A stretch of DNA of 63,941 nt, counting the filler, from Neoconidiobolus thromboides FSU 785 (Eukaryota; Fungi; Entomophthoromycota), in NCBI GenBank assembly GCA_025603075.1. It is 4 parts of 4 records of this genome, joined end to end, with 100 filler letters (N's around TTAATTAATTAA, not from the genome) between each part and the next. Parts side by side here need not be neighbours in the genome. Positions count along the whole stretch, not along the records: positions 20,642 to 51,892 come from MU626481.1; 3 more parts are not named here. The stretch is one strand, 5' to 3'. The position numbers and the translations under genes are program-made. The notes beneath the pieces were generated by a model, which made no database searches, was not told where the DNA came from, and worked only from the letters and a program-made list of their open reading frames with translations. Below are positions 22,203 to 34,915 of the stretch, piece by piece (the first letter of the stretch is position 1; each line of letters opens with the position of its first letter).

Positions 22203-23443
22203 TTAGTCTTTATTTTCATTTTCTAAATCCACCACCTCTTCATCAAATAAAGTCACAAATGGATTTTGTTGGCTTGAGTATGAATGGATCGATGTCTTTG
22301 TCAGTTGCGTTTGGTTTTCTCCAATAACAAACTCTAAGTCGTCTTTATTTGATGAATCCCACGATTTATAGAACATCATTACTGACAACAATAAAAGCAA
22401 GGAGTAAAAGAAAGCGCCATCTAGATAATGCTTACTGTTGGCACATATACTGTTATTAAATAAATACAAACTCATTTGTGAAGATAAAAAAAAGATCAAT
22501 GAGATGACTAAATCGCCTAATAAATTAAGTTAATTGCATTATTATTTCCATTTAAAAAATTTACCAATCGGCCAATATGAGTCAATATGGTACCATAAAT
22601 ATACTATCCTTATTACCAAAAACAATGCTAGCAATACTGGGCTTATTATATATTGAAATACATACATTACCACCGGGTTTTCTCTTTCTAAACCAGCTTT
22701 ACTATTGAAAGTAGTTAATGCAATGATCAAGCCAGATAAAAACACTCCAAGCGAAGAAAGACGTGTTGACTATTATTAACTTAATAAAAATTATAATAAA
22801 TAAAAAACAATAATACCCAATTCATAATTGAAATAGATTCTTGATCGTCCAGTTGAGATTTTTTATATCTTAGTAAAATTGGAAAATAATCGTAATAGGA
22901 AGAAATTGAGAATAACAATAAGCTCCATGGAATTGTTATACTAATTGCAAAATGAATACCAACAAAAAACTATAATTAAAGTTGTTAATTCTTTTATTGT
23001 TACTGCTAATGTTATTATATTACTGTATAGCTATAAGTTCCCATAGGTATTATATTAGTTATAGTAAATAATTCTACAACATTATATGCTAGATACAGAT
23101 AAAAGAACAGATTAATAATTTTTTTCCCTATGTAATATCAGAATCAAATATTGATTTTATTAAAACTGCTTACCATTGACAGCAGCGATTTTATATTTGA
23201 TAGAGTATAAAATAATCATGGTCATAACTATACTGGTTATATATACAAATAATGAGGCTAAAATTGTTGAGTTATTGGTATTCATATTATAACAGTTGAC
23301 TTACCTATTTCAAATAAATAGGCGTTCCCAATCTTAATACCACGACTTGAACATAAAGTAAACAATCCAAATTGGCTATCAATTAATGGGCATATATTTA
23401 ACACGGCATTTGAGCATATACTTTTATAATCACCTAACTTCAT
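22203..23443 (-). CDS. CHS7: Chitin synthase export chaperone Chs7, multi-exon
   Basis: N-terminus MKLGDYKSICSNAVLNICPL, several TM exons, C-terminal MMFYKSWDSSNKDDLEFVIG. Confidence 0.8.
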
Positions 23444-24920
23444 CCTAAATTATTTAAAAAAGACAAAAGATAAAATCAAATAAAATCTGTCATTCTATCT
23501 CTCATTTTACTTCTTGATTTATATAATTCAAGATTCATACTCTTTATTTTTTAGTTTCTCTTACTTCCTTTTCCTTACAATTTTAATTCTCAATCGTTAC
23601 TCTTATTAAATCTAACTTTCTCCTATTTTGCTCTAATTTGTATTGATTTTTAGTCTAAGTTCAATTCAAAAGCGTTTCAGTTGTCTTTTTTAAACTTTGT
23701 CTTTAATATTTTGACTATTTTATTACTGTTGAGATTCTATTGTGATCTATTTAGTGATAGTTTTAGAATCACTCTATTTCGTTGGTTGGGTTTTTTAATA
23801 TGGAATCTATATTTTAGCCTATTTTTAGTTAAATTTTACTCTTGTACACAGGCTAGTTTAAAAGCTTGGTTCAAATTTTATCCATTTTGAGTTTTGGTAA
23901 AAACTACAAATTAAGCATCAAGTGCTATAAAGATAAAGCTATTTTGATCAATTTTAAGATTAATTGTATAAGGAGTATTCTTTCCCAAGTATTTGTATTT
24001 TTTTCGAAATTCTGAATGAGCTTTTAAACTTACCTATACACGATTATTTAGATCATAATAGACTCGCAACACCTGAAAAGCTTATTTTTATTAAGGTAAT
24101 TTTGACTTTTTTAGCTTGAGCTAAATTAGGCTACAATTTATTTTAAAATTTCGTATGTTACTTTTGCAAAAAATGTTTTATAATTTTTTCAAAATAACTT
24201 ATATGTAATTATGCTTACTAAATAGAAAGTTTGTAGTTGATCAAAGACTAATACTATAATAGCTAAGTTAAAGCTTTAAAAATTAAAAGCTGTGAAAATG
24301 TTATACTTTTAAAACTGATACGAAGTATAAATATCCCGCGGTTTTCATTCATATATCCTTAAATAAATAGGAGATTTGTTACTATTATTTAGTGCTAATT
24401 AACTAGTCTAGTTGAATTTTATCTTGTTTTAAAATATTTTATAAATTTAATACTTTTTATCCCTATAACATATAGGTTAATATCTAAAAGTAAACTTTCA
24501 ATCAAGGATTTATTTTACTATTTTACAGTTAAGGTGAATCGAGTTACAATCTGTTTTAATGATAGTTTTATTTTTTAATATAGTAGCTTCTGTAAACATT
24601 TTAGTGTATTGTGTATATTTAATTTATATAACTATAGTGTCATAATTCTAATTGTAATAGTTTATCAACGGGTAGCTTGATGAAATAATGTACTCAATGA
24701 AAGAGGAGTATGACTTCATTGAGCTTTACCCTAGAAAGAAAGTACTATGTTTAGGCCCAAAGGTCGATAGTAAGTTGATAAATAACATTAATTAAAACTT
24801 ATATTATAATGTACATCAGTTTCATTTAAAAATTAAATAGAGGTAGCTTATTTATTTGATATTATAAGTTTGATTATAATAATTTACATAGTATTTAAAA
24901 AGATTGAAAGAGATTAGAAA

Positions 24921-25767
24921 TTAAAGAATAGTGCAACATCCACCCTTAGCCTCTTCAACTACTTCAGGTACTGCATCTGCTTGTTTATCAGCTTCTCTAC
25001 GACGGACGATTTCTCTAATTAAGTTAGAAAAAATCAATTCAATATTAATTCTTTCCTTTGCTGATGATTCAATAAATAAAGCGTCAATAGATTCAGCATA
25101 CGCTTTAGCATCTGCCTCAGTTACTTCTCTAAGATCTTGTAAATCGCATTTGTTTCCCACCAATATCATAGGGCACTAAAAATAAATCATTATAGAATAC
25201 TATATAATACTAGAAAAGTAATTTACAGGTATTTCTTCACGCGCTCTCATGACCTGGGAACGAATAGAATTCAATTCATCAAACGAAGATTTTAAAGTTA
25301 TTGAATAGACTAATAAGAATCCATCACCACCTCTCAAGAATTTATCTGACCATAGCCCACTATTTAAAATATTAGTATTTCAAATAAATTTCAGTCATCT
25401 TATCCTACCGATATTCTTCTTGCCCAGCGGTATCCGTGATATCTAACTGATATTCTACACCATCGACAGTAAAATTTTTACTGTATGAATCCTCTATTTA
25501 AATGTTAGTATCAAAATGATTATTGTATAGATAAGCTTACCAATTGTAGGATCATACCTGAATTGTAAATAGATATAAAAATAAGGTAAGTAAAACATAA
25601 TAAAGATGATAATGAAATTACTCTTCCATAAATCTAAAATGAAAATTATTATAAATAAAAAACAGATTTAATAATAATTACTGATTATTAATAAATGAAA
25701 TCGTTGTGGCCGATTTACCAACACCACCTGATCCCAACACAACAATATTTAACTTTTCTGTAAGCAT
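24921..25767 (-). CDS. Ras-subfamily small GTPase with CAAX box, multi-exon
   Basis: GSGGVGKS, YDPTIEDSY, DTAGQEEY, NKCD, SAK, C-terminal CCTIL; Q61 rather than Rap-type T61. Confidence 0.9.
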
Positions 25768-26489
25768 TGTATTAAGTCTATTAATAATGGTTGTTAATAA
25801 ATGTATAATGAATTGAAGTGACGTTACTTTAAATTATCTAATTAACTAAATAAGCAGAAAAAGGATACCAGTCGTTTTTCCTTAAGTTTAATATTATAAA
25901 AGGCAATTAAGTTAGTGAGAGTAAACTAACGAAAATTAAAAAAATAGCAAAAGAACTTCATATAACTATATATTTATATTGAATAATTGTAAAAAATCAT
26001 CAGCCTCAAACGTCAATCCTTAGTTTGAAAAATTGCTTATTTTTTAATATATGTTATTGATTTAAGATCACCAAAGTTTAATTTTAATTGTATTTTATTG
26101 CATATAAATTTAAACTCTCATACCCTCGATTTTTTAGCTTAAATTTGTTGATCTTTTTATGCTTTATGAATTCCACCAATTAAAAAAAAGCAAGTACTGT
26201 TTTATTGATTTTCAATAAAATTAGGTTTATTAAATTTAATAAATTTAATTTAACTGAATCTGATACAATGACATTTAAAGTAATAAAAGTTACTATATTT
26301 GAAGTGAGGAGTTACTTCGATTTTATAATTTCAAAAAACTAAAAAAATTATTTTTACTTTAGGAAAATATTTAACAATCTAAGATAACCTTACTGAAATT
26401 TAACTGTTAAGTAACTGTCCATTTCTACAAACTAATCTCTCATTTTGTATGTTTAACAAACAATAAACTACCAGAATCAGTATCAGTTT

Positions 26490-26563
26490 GCTTCGGTAGT
26501 GTAGTTGGTTATCACGTCACCCTTACAAGGTGAAGGTCTCCAGTTCGAACCTGGGCTGAAGCA
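26490..26563 (+). tRNA. tRNA-Val(TAC), intronless
   Basis: GCTTCGG/CTGAAGC acceptor, TCACC-CTTACAA-GGTGA anticodon arm, TTCGAAC T-loop. Confidence 0.92.
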
Positions 26564-27835
26564 ATATCTTTTACTGGAACTGGGCAGCTTAGTACTTTCA
26601 ATAAGGGTGGATATACCTTTACAAAATGTCATAAATAACCACTGTTGAAAAATTGAACAAATTTTTCTAAAGTTCATAGCTTGTAGTTGCTCATGACTAG
26701 AATAAAAGTTATAAAAAGTACACAAATTAAAAAAACGTTTCTTATAATTACTCGTTAGAAAATAGAAACTTAAAAAGGCTATACAGAGTTTAATTTTTTT
26801 AGTGTAAAACTCTAGTCAAAGAACTATATTGAATTTAATAATTTTCATTATATGGTTAATATTACTTAAAAAAATTTAAGTCAAGATAATATAGGATTTT
26901 TGAATGAAATTTTAAAGTGTAACTGAACAAATTTGAAAAGGAACATAAGAGTGGATTTTACAGCCACAAAAATATATTATAACTCTAATTATGAATTCTT
27001 TTAATAGAATCCAATAGTAATTTTACCAAGTATAGAATGAAAATTCAGATTAGCTAGCTAGAGTGTCTGTCAAAGACGGTCCTTTTTACTGGAAAAATAT
27101 GGTAGACTATTTCAAATGCTTCTATCTAATCTGGTCTATTAAAAAGATGTTCTCCGTACAGTAATGTTTTTCCTTGAGGATTTATTTAATAATTTGTTCA
27201 AACTGTAAGTTGCTCAAAAGATGGATAAAATATTGAAAAAAAATACATTTACATATCGATATTATAATAGGCCATAGTAAAAAAGCCTTTTAGTTAATTG
27301 CAAACTGCTTTTCTAAAAGGCCGAGTTTCTTTGCTTTAGAATACTAAATAACTACTAACAGTATTGATAACTAAGTAAAGCTGGCTAAAGATAAAAGACG
27401 ATTGCTTTAAGCCAAACTATAATTCAATTTAAAACCAGTGTTTATCCAAAAAGCTAATCATTAAAATGACATCATATTTAGTTTATTAAGGAAAGTACAA
27501 TTGACAGTAAAGGCTTATAAGATGGAAGAAATGACCTAATAATATGTTAAAAGTAAATAAAAAATTATATTTGAAACTTATTTGGTTTATATTATTGAAT
27601 GTCTAAAAATAAATGTCATTTAATCAATTAATATTAGTAAAAAATTCATATTAAAATAATGATGAAAAGTTAAATCATGGATAAACAAAGTATTAAGTGA
27701 AACTATGCTAAGCCATAGAAGCTAATAAAGTAACTGCATTACAGAGGCTTACTCATTTTTCAAAGTAAAACTAATAGTCAAATTAGTATAAATAGAATTG
27801 AAGGGAAGGAAACAGAATTTATCAAATCATCAAAA

Positions 27836-28366
27836 ATGAAATTTATTTATCTTATCCCTACTCTATTATCCAGCCTCGTACTTTCCCAAAACACTTTAGT
27901 AGAAAATATCCAAATTTGTATCCGTAATTGTCAATCGGCTAACAATGTTCAATGTGTAGGTCAATGTGTTGCTGGCTACGGTATGAACGTTCCAGATAGT
28001 ACTATTGGTGAAATTATCAATGGTATTAACAATAGTAACAACAGCCAATCTGGATCCGCAAATTCTTCAGCATCCATTAATCCTTCTCAATCATCTGCAG
28101 CTAGTTCAATGGCTTCAGAGTCTTCTTCTTCTGTGGCTAGTTCAATAGCTTCAGAATCTTCTTCTCTTATCAGCTCTTTATCTTCCGCTTCAACTTCTAT
28201 TTCTAGTGCCTTGTCGTCGGCTTCTGCTTCACTCTCTAGTGTATCGAGCTCAAAAATATCTTCTATCAAATCATCTATGAGTGCAAATGGATCAAATGGT
28301 AATTATATTTATCCTTCAATTACATTTATTGCCGTTAGCAATATTATCTTAGCTTATTCTATGTAG
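27836..28366 (+). CDS. Small secreted Ser-rich, probably GPI-anchored protein with a 4-Cys N-terminal motif
   Basis: Signal peptide, CIRNCQSANNVQCVGQCVA, Ser-rich stalk, hydrophobic C-terminus. Confidence 0.75.
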   Translation: MKFIYLIPTLLSSLVLSQNTLVENIQICIRNCQSANNVQCVGQCVAGYGMNVPDSTIGEIINGINNSNNSQSGSANSSASINPSQSSAASSMASESSSSVASSIASESSSLISSLSSASTSISSALSSASASLSSVSSSKISSIKSSMSANGSNGNYIYPSITFIAVSNIILAYSM

Positions 28367-28934
28367 ATGGTGTATGTACACTTATTTAATAAAAATCCTT
28401 AATAAAGTCATTCTGTAGCTATTCAAATAACTTTTTGTTTTTTATCTACAAATTTATAATTTTTTAGCTATGACAATTTATCTAAAAAAATGCTTGATCA
28501 TTTTTGTTCTAGTTTGTTCAAAATAAAATATTTCAGAAAAATGCTTTAGAAAAAAAGCCTTCTTTTTACACCAAATTAAGCGTTGTAGTGAATATTACTT
28601 ACACACACATTTACAAACTTACAGTGGTTATACTACTAATATCAAGGAACTTTCATCAACTAAGTTATTTGATACTCTTTTCCGTTCCTTTGATTATTAT
28701 TATATTGAGATGTACTTTTTTAAGGATTTTACTAATGATTTCCATTCAAATAGTGCTTAAAAAACGGAAGTAATGGAACCAAAAAAAACATCCCTAAGTT
28801 TAAAATCATTTTATATCCTCTAAAGTCAAAATCATATCTTAATCAATCTCCGAATAAGAATCAGACACTGTTTTTGATAAAATAAAATGCTATCTTTAAT
28901 GTATTAAAATATTTATTTCTTAAATTACGATCGT

Positions 28935-29408
28935 TTAGATTAAAGTGGAGAGGAAAGGTACAGCGAAAACGATAGCAGAAATGCTATTTACATATTGGTT
29001 AGATGTATTACCGCCAGTAACTGATTTAGATAAAGAAGATAATTTAGATGATGCTTCAGACTTAATAGATGAAGATGCGCTAGAAAGGACGCTAGAAACT
29101 GATGATGCACTAGAAGAGATAGAGCTGGAAACAGAGCTTTGACTGTTATCCATAGAGGTACTAGTTTGAACAACTACTACAGTAGTTGAGCTACTACCAC
29201 TTGGGGATTGAGATCCTTGGCCACTCGCACTGCTACTTGGTGTAACTCCGGTAGGAAGCAAGGTTTGACCAAATGAAGCAACACATTGGCCGATACATAC
29301 AAAATCACTAGAAGATCTGCAGTTTTGAACACAAGAATCGAATTGTTGTCTTACAGGGTCTTGGCAGTAAACCAAAGGTAAAATGGATAATAAATAGGCG
29401 ATTTTCAT
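28935..29408 (-). CDS. Paralog of 27836, secreted Ser-rich probable GPI protein
   Basis: CVQNCRSSSDFVCIGQCVA, same architecture, convergent orientation. Confidence 0.75.
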   Translation of the reverse strand: MKIAYLLSILPLVYCQDPVRQQFDSCVQNCRSSSDFVCIGQCVASFGQTLLPTGVTPSSSASGQGSQSPSGSSSTTVVVVQTSTSMDNSQSSVSSSISSSASSVSSVLSSASSSIKSEASSKLSSLSKSVTGGNTSNQYVNSISAIVFAVPFLSTLI

Positions 29409-30554
29409 TATGAATTAAATTAAGATAAAAAATGAAATTTTGAAGTAATGATAGCTTTTACTTTGATCTGTTTTATACTTTTTCTTGCTTTGAATATGAG
29501 GTAATCATGACATGGAATAAATTCATCGACTGGAATTCAAACTTAATACATTTCCATTTAGTAAACTTTTATGCCAGACGCTTATTTCGTTAAATAATGT
29601 TTTGAATTGATTTAGCTAAGCCTTATTTTGTGAAAATCTTAATTTATATCTAAAAATATCTGAAATTTATAAACTTAATAATTATTACAAAATTTCTCCT
29701 TTAAATATTATATTTGACTACAAATAAATATAATATCGTATTGGTATATAGAACATCGTATTTTTTTATAGTATAAGTCCCAAATAATAATAATAATAAC
29801 AGTAATAATAATTTATTTTCATCTTTTATGAACATAATATATTTAAAGCTAATAACTTATGCAAATTTCCGTGGCAAATTGTTTTGTTATTTTTATGCAT
29901 AGTCATTAAATTAATTTTGTAATGATATTTTATTATTATTTCAAAATGATCGCACATTTAAAGTATTTACTTCATACTTAATAGCTTGCTCAAATATCAA
30001 TTTATAAAAGGCTATTAATGAAAGGGAAGCTTTGTAAGCTTTTAAGTATTTAAATATTTAACATTTGACCAAAATGGAACTAATTCTTTTAAGTATAAGT
30101 GCATTTATAGCATTTAAAAAAACAGTTGATAGATTTAAGTTTAAAATTCGACCATATCTCAAGATTATAAAAATATTGAGTGTACAAAATTATCAATTCA
30201 TGTATATTTAATGTTTTAAATGAATATTTTTTTGAAAGTATTAAATGTATTAAAAAAGTTGTTCTAGATAAAAACAATTACTATACTAATATTACCTTTT
30301 ATCCTTAAAACTGATTAAAATACTATATTGTGAAAACTTAAAGATAAAACATTTACACTGCTTTGTTTACAATTAATTTAAGATTCATATTTAATAAATA
30401 TTGGTAAAAAAAACTTGTATTGATAAATTTTCGTGCTTTTTAGATATAGTTAACTTTTGGCAAATATTTAGATTTATAGCTTTCCAATATAAAGAAATAA
30501 AATAAAAACGAACTATTTTATACACTTATTAATAATTAACATAAATTATATAGC

Positions 30555-30659
30555 ATATGGGGATGTGTTTTTTTGTTTAAGAATTTTACTACAATCTTTC
30601 CACTCAAACAGCGCTTAAAAAATGGAAAAATAATGAAACTAAAAAAAACAGCCCCATAT
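30555..30659 (-). mobile_element. MITE family A copy (ATAT/ATAT)
   Basis: ATAT-GGGGATGTG...AGCGCTTAAAAAATGGAAAAA...CAGCCCC-ATAT. Confidence 0.88.
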
Positions 30660-30929
30660 ACAAGTTAATAATTTTACTAAGTTTGATATTGATTGTAAAA
30701 TTATTTAATTTACTTTAAAAGGTAAATTACTTTTTTTTCAAAAACTGCAATATTTTTCCGAGTTTTCAAAGTTTAACATAAATGATTCTTTTATTTGTTG
30801 TATAGCTAGGCTTTTAGATCGAATAATGTATTTAACTTTTTATTAGTTACATAAATTTATATTAAAACTTGACCTTTATATATAATAAAGAAAATAGCTT
30901 TAATTTAACTTATTGGCTTTTTCGATTTA

Positions 30930-31035
30930 ATATGGGGGTGTTTTTTTTGATTTCATCACTTTTTCTATTTTTAAGCGCTATTTGAGTGGAAAGATTGTTA
31001 ATAAATTCTTGAATAAAAAAAACATATCTCCATAT
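30930..31035 (+). mobile_element. MITE family A copy (ATAT/ATAT)
   Basis: ATAT-GGGGGTGTTTT...AAGCGCTATTTGAGTGGAAAG...CATATCTCC-ATAT. Confidence 0.88.
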
Positions 31036-31065
31036 AAACTTTGAGTTTATACAAAATAAGCAACT

Positions 31066-31166
31066 ATATGGGAGTGTTTTTTTTACTTCATTATTTTTTC
31101 ATTTTTAAGCGCTATTTAAGCGGAGAAATTGTTAGTAAAATCCTTAAACACAAAAATACATCCCCA
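31066..31166 (+). mobile_element. MITE family A copy
   Basis: ATAT-GGGAGTG...AAGCGCTATTTAAGCGGAG...AAAAATACATCCCC. Confidence 0.88.
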
Positions 31167-31658
31167 GTGTTTAATAAAACAATACATTTTTAAAGATTAC
31201 CAATCTACTTTATATTAAACTTTTATAAGCTCTAGTTTAAGATCATTATAATTTATTTATTTATTTATTTATTTTAAAAATTGATAATAAAAATAATTTA
31301 AAAGTTGCTTTTTTGTAATGATTTGTATTTTTAATGTTTCTTATATTTATATATACTTATAATATCTTTTTTTTAATTTTAAAAAACTTTACTTGCTTTT
31401 TTTGATATATTTTTTACTTTTTAAAATTTATTTATAACTCTTCATTTATAACTTTTTATTCTTTATTTTTCATTATAAATAATTGTTTTTAAAAAGTATA
31501 AAGAATGACTTTACTATAATATGTAAATATTTTTAAAAGTTTGTTTAAATAGAATTTTAATTGGAAAAAGAGTTTTTTTAGATATTCGTTTTTTCAAATT
31601 TCTATTTATTTATATAACAAATTTTACTAAAACACTATGACCATTGATTTTAATCAAT

Positions 31659-31766
31659 ATATGGGGATGTATTTTTGTATTTAAGGATTTTACTAACAAT
31701 TTTTCCGCTTTAAATAGTGCTTAAAAAATGGAAAAAATAATGAAATCAAAAAAAACACTCCCATAT
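31659..31766 (-). mobile_element. MITE family A copy (ATAT/ATAT)
   Basis: ATAT-GGGGATGTATTTTTG...AAAAAAACACTCCC-ATAT. Confidence 0.9.
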
Positions 31767-31844
31767 ATTTATTCATTAGCTAAATAGTTTCTATATAGCT
31801 TTTTGAAATTAGTTTTATAATTTATAATATAATTTAAATTTGAT

Positions 31845-31954
31845 ATATAAGGGTGTTTTTTTTGACTTTATCACTTTTTCCCTTTTAAGCGCTATTTTAT
31901 CTAAGCGGAAAAATTGTTAGTAAAATTCTTGAACACAAAGATATAGCCTTATTT
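31845..31954 (+). mobile_element. MITE family A copy, degenerate ends
   Basis: Core TTTTAAGCGCTATTTTATCTAAGCGGAAAAATTGTTAGTAAAATTCTTGAACAC. Confidence 0.8.
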
Positions 31955-32572
31955 ACTCTTTTATTTACTTTTATTTTGTTTAAATTTTTTTATTATAATT
32001 TAAAAACAGCTTTAATTGATTTTTTTATAGGTTTTTGACTTTTTAAGTTCTTCAGCTTTTTAATAATTTCAATTGTTCTTTATTTTTAAGATTAAAAGTT
32101 TTATAAACCTTGGATAGCGTTTTTTCCTTTCATTATAAATAGTATATATTATTAACTATATAGCTCTTTTTTGTATTTTTGTTATTTTTATAACAGCTTA
32201 AAAATACCTTTTTTTGGCAAAGACTTTAATTATATTGTTTATAGTTAAGAAAAGCTTATATTATCTAAAATATTATAAAATTAAGTTTTTAACTTAGATT
32301 AATTTTTGATTTAATTTCTTTCTTTTAACCATACTATCAATTGCTTGAAATTATTTATAAGAATTATAAACATGTTGTAATTGTTTCAATGTTTTAAATA
32401 GTGGGTTATTATATTTAGCAGTTTTGCTAAAAGATTTTTATTTTTAAATTGACTTTTATTAAGTTTTACTAATAATAGTTTACTGCTTATGATTCTATGC
32501 TTAAAACAGTTTATAATGCAACTTTATTTGCTTTTACTTTCATAGCCTTATCACCTTTTTTCCCTAACTTAT

Positions 32573-32677
32573 ATTTAAAGGTGTTTTTTGGTCTCATCGC
32601 TTTTTCCATTTTTTAAGCGTTATTTGAATGGAAAAACCATTAGTAAAATTCTTAAACATAAAAATACGTACTCATTT
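32573..32677 (+). mobile_element. MITE family A copy with ATTT/ATTT flanks
   Basis: ATTT-AAAGGTGTTTTTTGG...AAAAATACGTACTC-ATTT. Confidence 0.8.
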
Positions 32678-33288
32678 TCTCTTGTAAGTAAACATTTGGG
32701 ATTCTGGCTCTGAAGGTTTTAAAAAACACACGTCTTTGATGATTATATTAAAAATAGCTTATATAAAAAATATTTTCATACTTACATTTAAAAGCTATGA
32801 CATGAAATTCCAATAATTAATAATAGCTTATTTAGCCTTCCAAGTAATTGTGCAACTTTAGTTATTCAGAAATTAATAAGCTGGTTAAACTTTCCATATA
32901 TTAATTTATTAAAGAACCTACCTTTTTAGCCAAGAAATAGATACAAGCTTTTAACGTAATGATGATTTGAACAGTCTTAAGCGGCCTTTTATATTTAACC
33001 CAAACATTTCGAAATTAAAATTTACCAAGCAAAATAAGTGAATTTTATAGCTATTAGTCAGCTAAATCATGGTTCTAAGCATGAATAGAATAGAAAATTG
33101 GCCAACTTAAAGCCAATAAAGTTTAACATTTTGAACTCAATTCTTAAGCAATCAAAATTTAAAAATAACTTGAAATTAAAACATCATAAATAATTTCAAA
33201 TACACCAATTATTAAATCATACTAAGTGAAAATAAGATATATAAATCTAAAATATGATAGTTCATTAATATTAAAAAAACATCCAATT

Positions 33289-33726
33289 ATGAAATTTTAT
33301 TACTTATTACCTCTTCTCTCTTTCGCAGCTACTCAAGATACCACATCTACTAGTACCGATTCCAATAGCAATAGTATGACTGACAACTCAAGTACAGCTA
33401 CAGCTACAGCTACTAGTAGCACCATGTTACCAACCTATACTTCGATTAGTGATATGGATTTATTAGCCAATTTTGGTCAACAAGCGATTGTATGTGCACC
33501 AGCAATGTTACAATATCAATTATTTGTTAAATTATTACCATCTGATATTAAATCCGAAATTGGTTCTATTATTGATAGTTATCAAAGTAGTATGAGTGCT
33601 TCAAGTACTTCATCCAATGATTCTTCATCCACTATTGCTACTTTGACTGTTTTGTCAACTGCTTCTAGTACCAATGATTCATCAGAAATCTCGTCAGACA
33701 CCACTGTTACTTCGACTTCTAGTTAA
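33289..33726 (+). CDS. Small secreted Ser/Thr-rich protein (likely start is the second Met of ORF 33226)
   Basis: MKFYYLLPLLSFAATQ signal-peptide-like start, S/T-rich flanks around a short helical core. Confidence 0.65.
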   Translation: MKFYYLLPLLSFAATQDTTSTSTDSNSNSMTDNSSTATATATSSTMLPTYTSISDMDLLANFGQQAIVCAPAMLQYQLFVKLLPSDIKSEIGSIIDSYQSSMSASSTSSNDSSSTIATLTVLSTASSTNDSSEISSDTTVTSTSS

Positions 33727-33959
33727 ACTATATAATTGTATTGAATAATTTAAATAAACTGTATATGCTATAATATATATATTGAATTTTTTTATTAGAT
33801 TTATCAAATCAATTTTCTTCAAAGTTAATAAAAAATATTGATTCTTTTTTAATATATACAAAAATTATTTAAAATACAATATAGATAAATACTATTTTGA
33901 TTATAAATTTTGTAAAACTCTAATATTTGTTGAAAAGTAATAAAAACTATCGATTCATT

Positions 33960-34041
33960 CGACACCTGCAGGATTTGAACCTGCGCGGGGAAACCCCATG
34001 AGCTTTCTAGGCTCACGCCTTAACCGCTCGGCCAAAGTGTC
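33960..34041 (-). tRNA. tRNA-Ser(AGA), long variable arm
   Basis: GACACTT/AGGTGTC acceptor, TGAGC-CTAGAAA-GCTCA, variable arm GGGGTTTCCCC, TTCAAAT. Confidence 0.93.
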
Positions 34042-34718
34042 TTATTGTTGTATGGTTATCTTTAAGTTTATATATAATTTTGTTCAAATTTTGAAATAAC
34101 ATAATTTAAATATAAATCTAATAGTCAATCATTTTAATAGTTATTTTGCTTTACTATTATTATCTAAAAATCGTTTAGTTATTTTAACTTTAAGTATAAA
34201 GTTTACAATATTCAATCAGATAAGATAAAATTAAATTTATCTTGTTTTGATATTAGTTGATTTTATTTAAAAACAAATCAAGATGAATGCTATCATTAAA
34301 CCTATATTAAAATAATAATGTTTTTTAAAGTTATATTAAAATATTTTAGTTACAAATTAAAAACAATAAAAACATTTAATTATAAGGTATCTATTAGATT
34401 TTAGATAGTTATCTTTCTAATCCAGTTTAACTCAGTATTAATTTAATTTTTTAAATACTATAAATAATATGAATTTATTTTAAATATAGATATATACTTA
34501 AAAAAAATTAGCAAGATAAGTATTCTACTTTAAATTTTAAAATTTTAATTTTATAGCTTATTAAAACAGCAGTATGATACTGTTATTAAATTATATAAGT
34601 CATCAAAATTATTTTATTTTCTTATTTTCTTATTTTCTTATATAACATTTGAAATATTAGTAAAAATTTTGAAAGGGTATAAATATTTTCAATACGTAAA
34701 TCTTAACAAGTACAAAAT

Positions 34719-34790
34719 GGGCGTATAGCTCAGTGGTAGAGCAATCGACTGCAGATCGATAGGTCCCTGGTTCAAATCCGGGTGCGCCCT
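34719..34790 (+). tRNA. tRNA-Cys(GCA)
   Basis: GGGCGTA/TGCGCCC, ATCGA-CTGCAGA-TCGAT, TTCAAAT. Confidence 0.95.
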
Positions 34791-34915
34791 TGTAAGATAA
34801 TCCAGCTTTTTTATAGCAAATAATATATATAAAAATACTAACTGTTTTTTATTTTTTATTTTGTAAAAAAAACACTTTCTTTTTTATTTCTATTCTTCCA
34901 GTTTATCTCTTTGAA

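Noticed and set aside
23520-23900. Purine-rich minus-strand stretch with many TAA/TAG stops, considered as a RIP-like mutated retroelement
   Set aside because: No RT, integrase or gag motif recognisable, and no second copy here to test mutation polarity.
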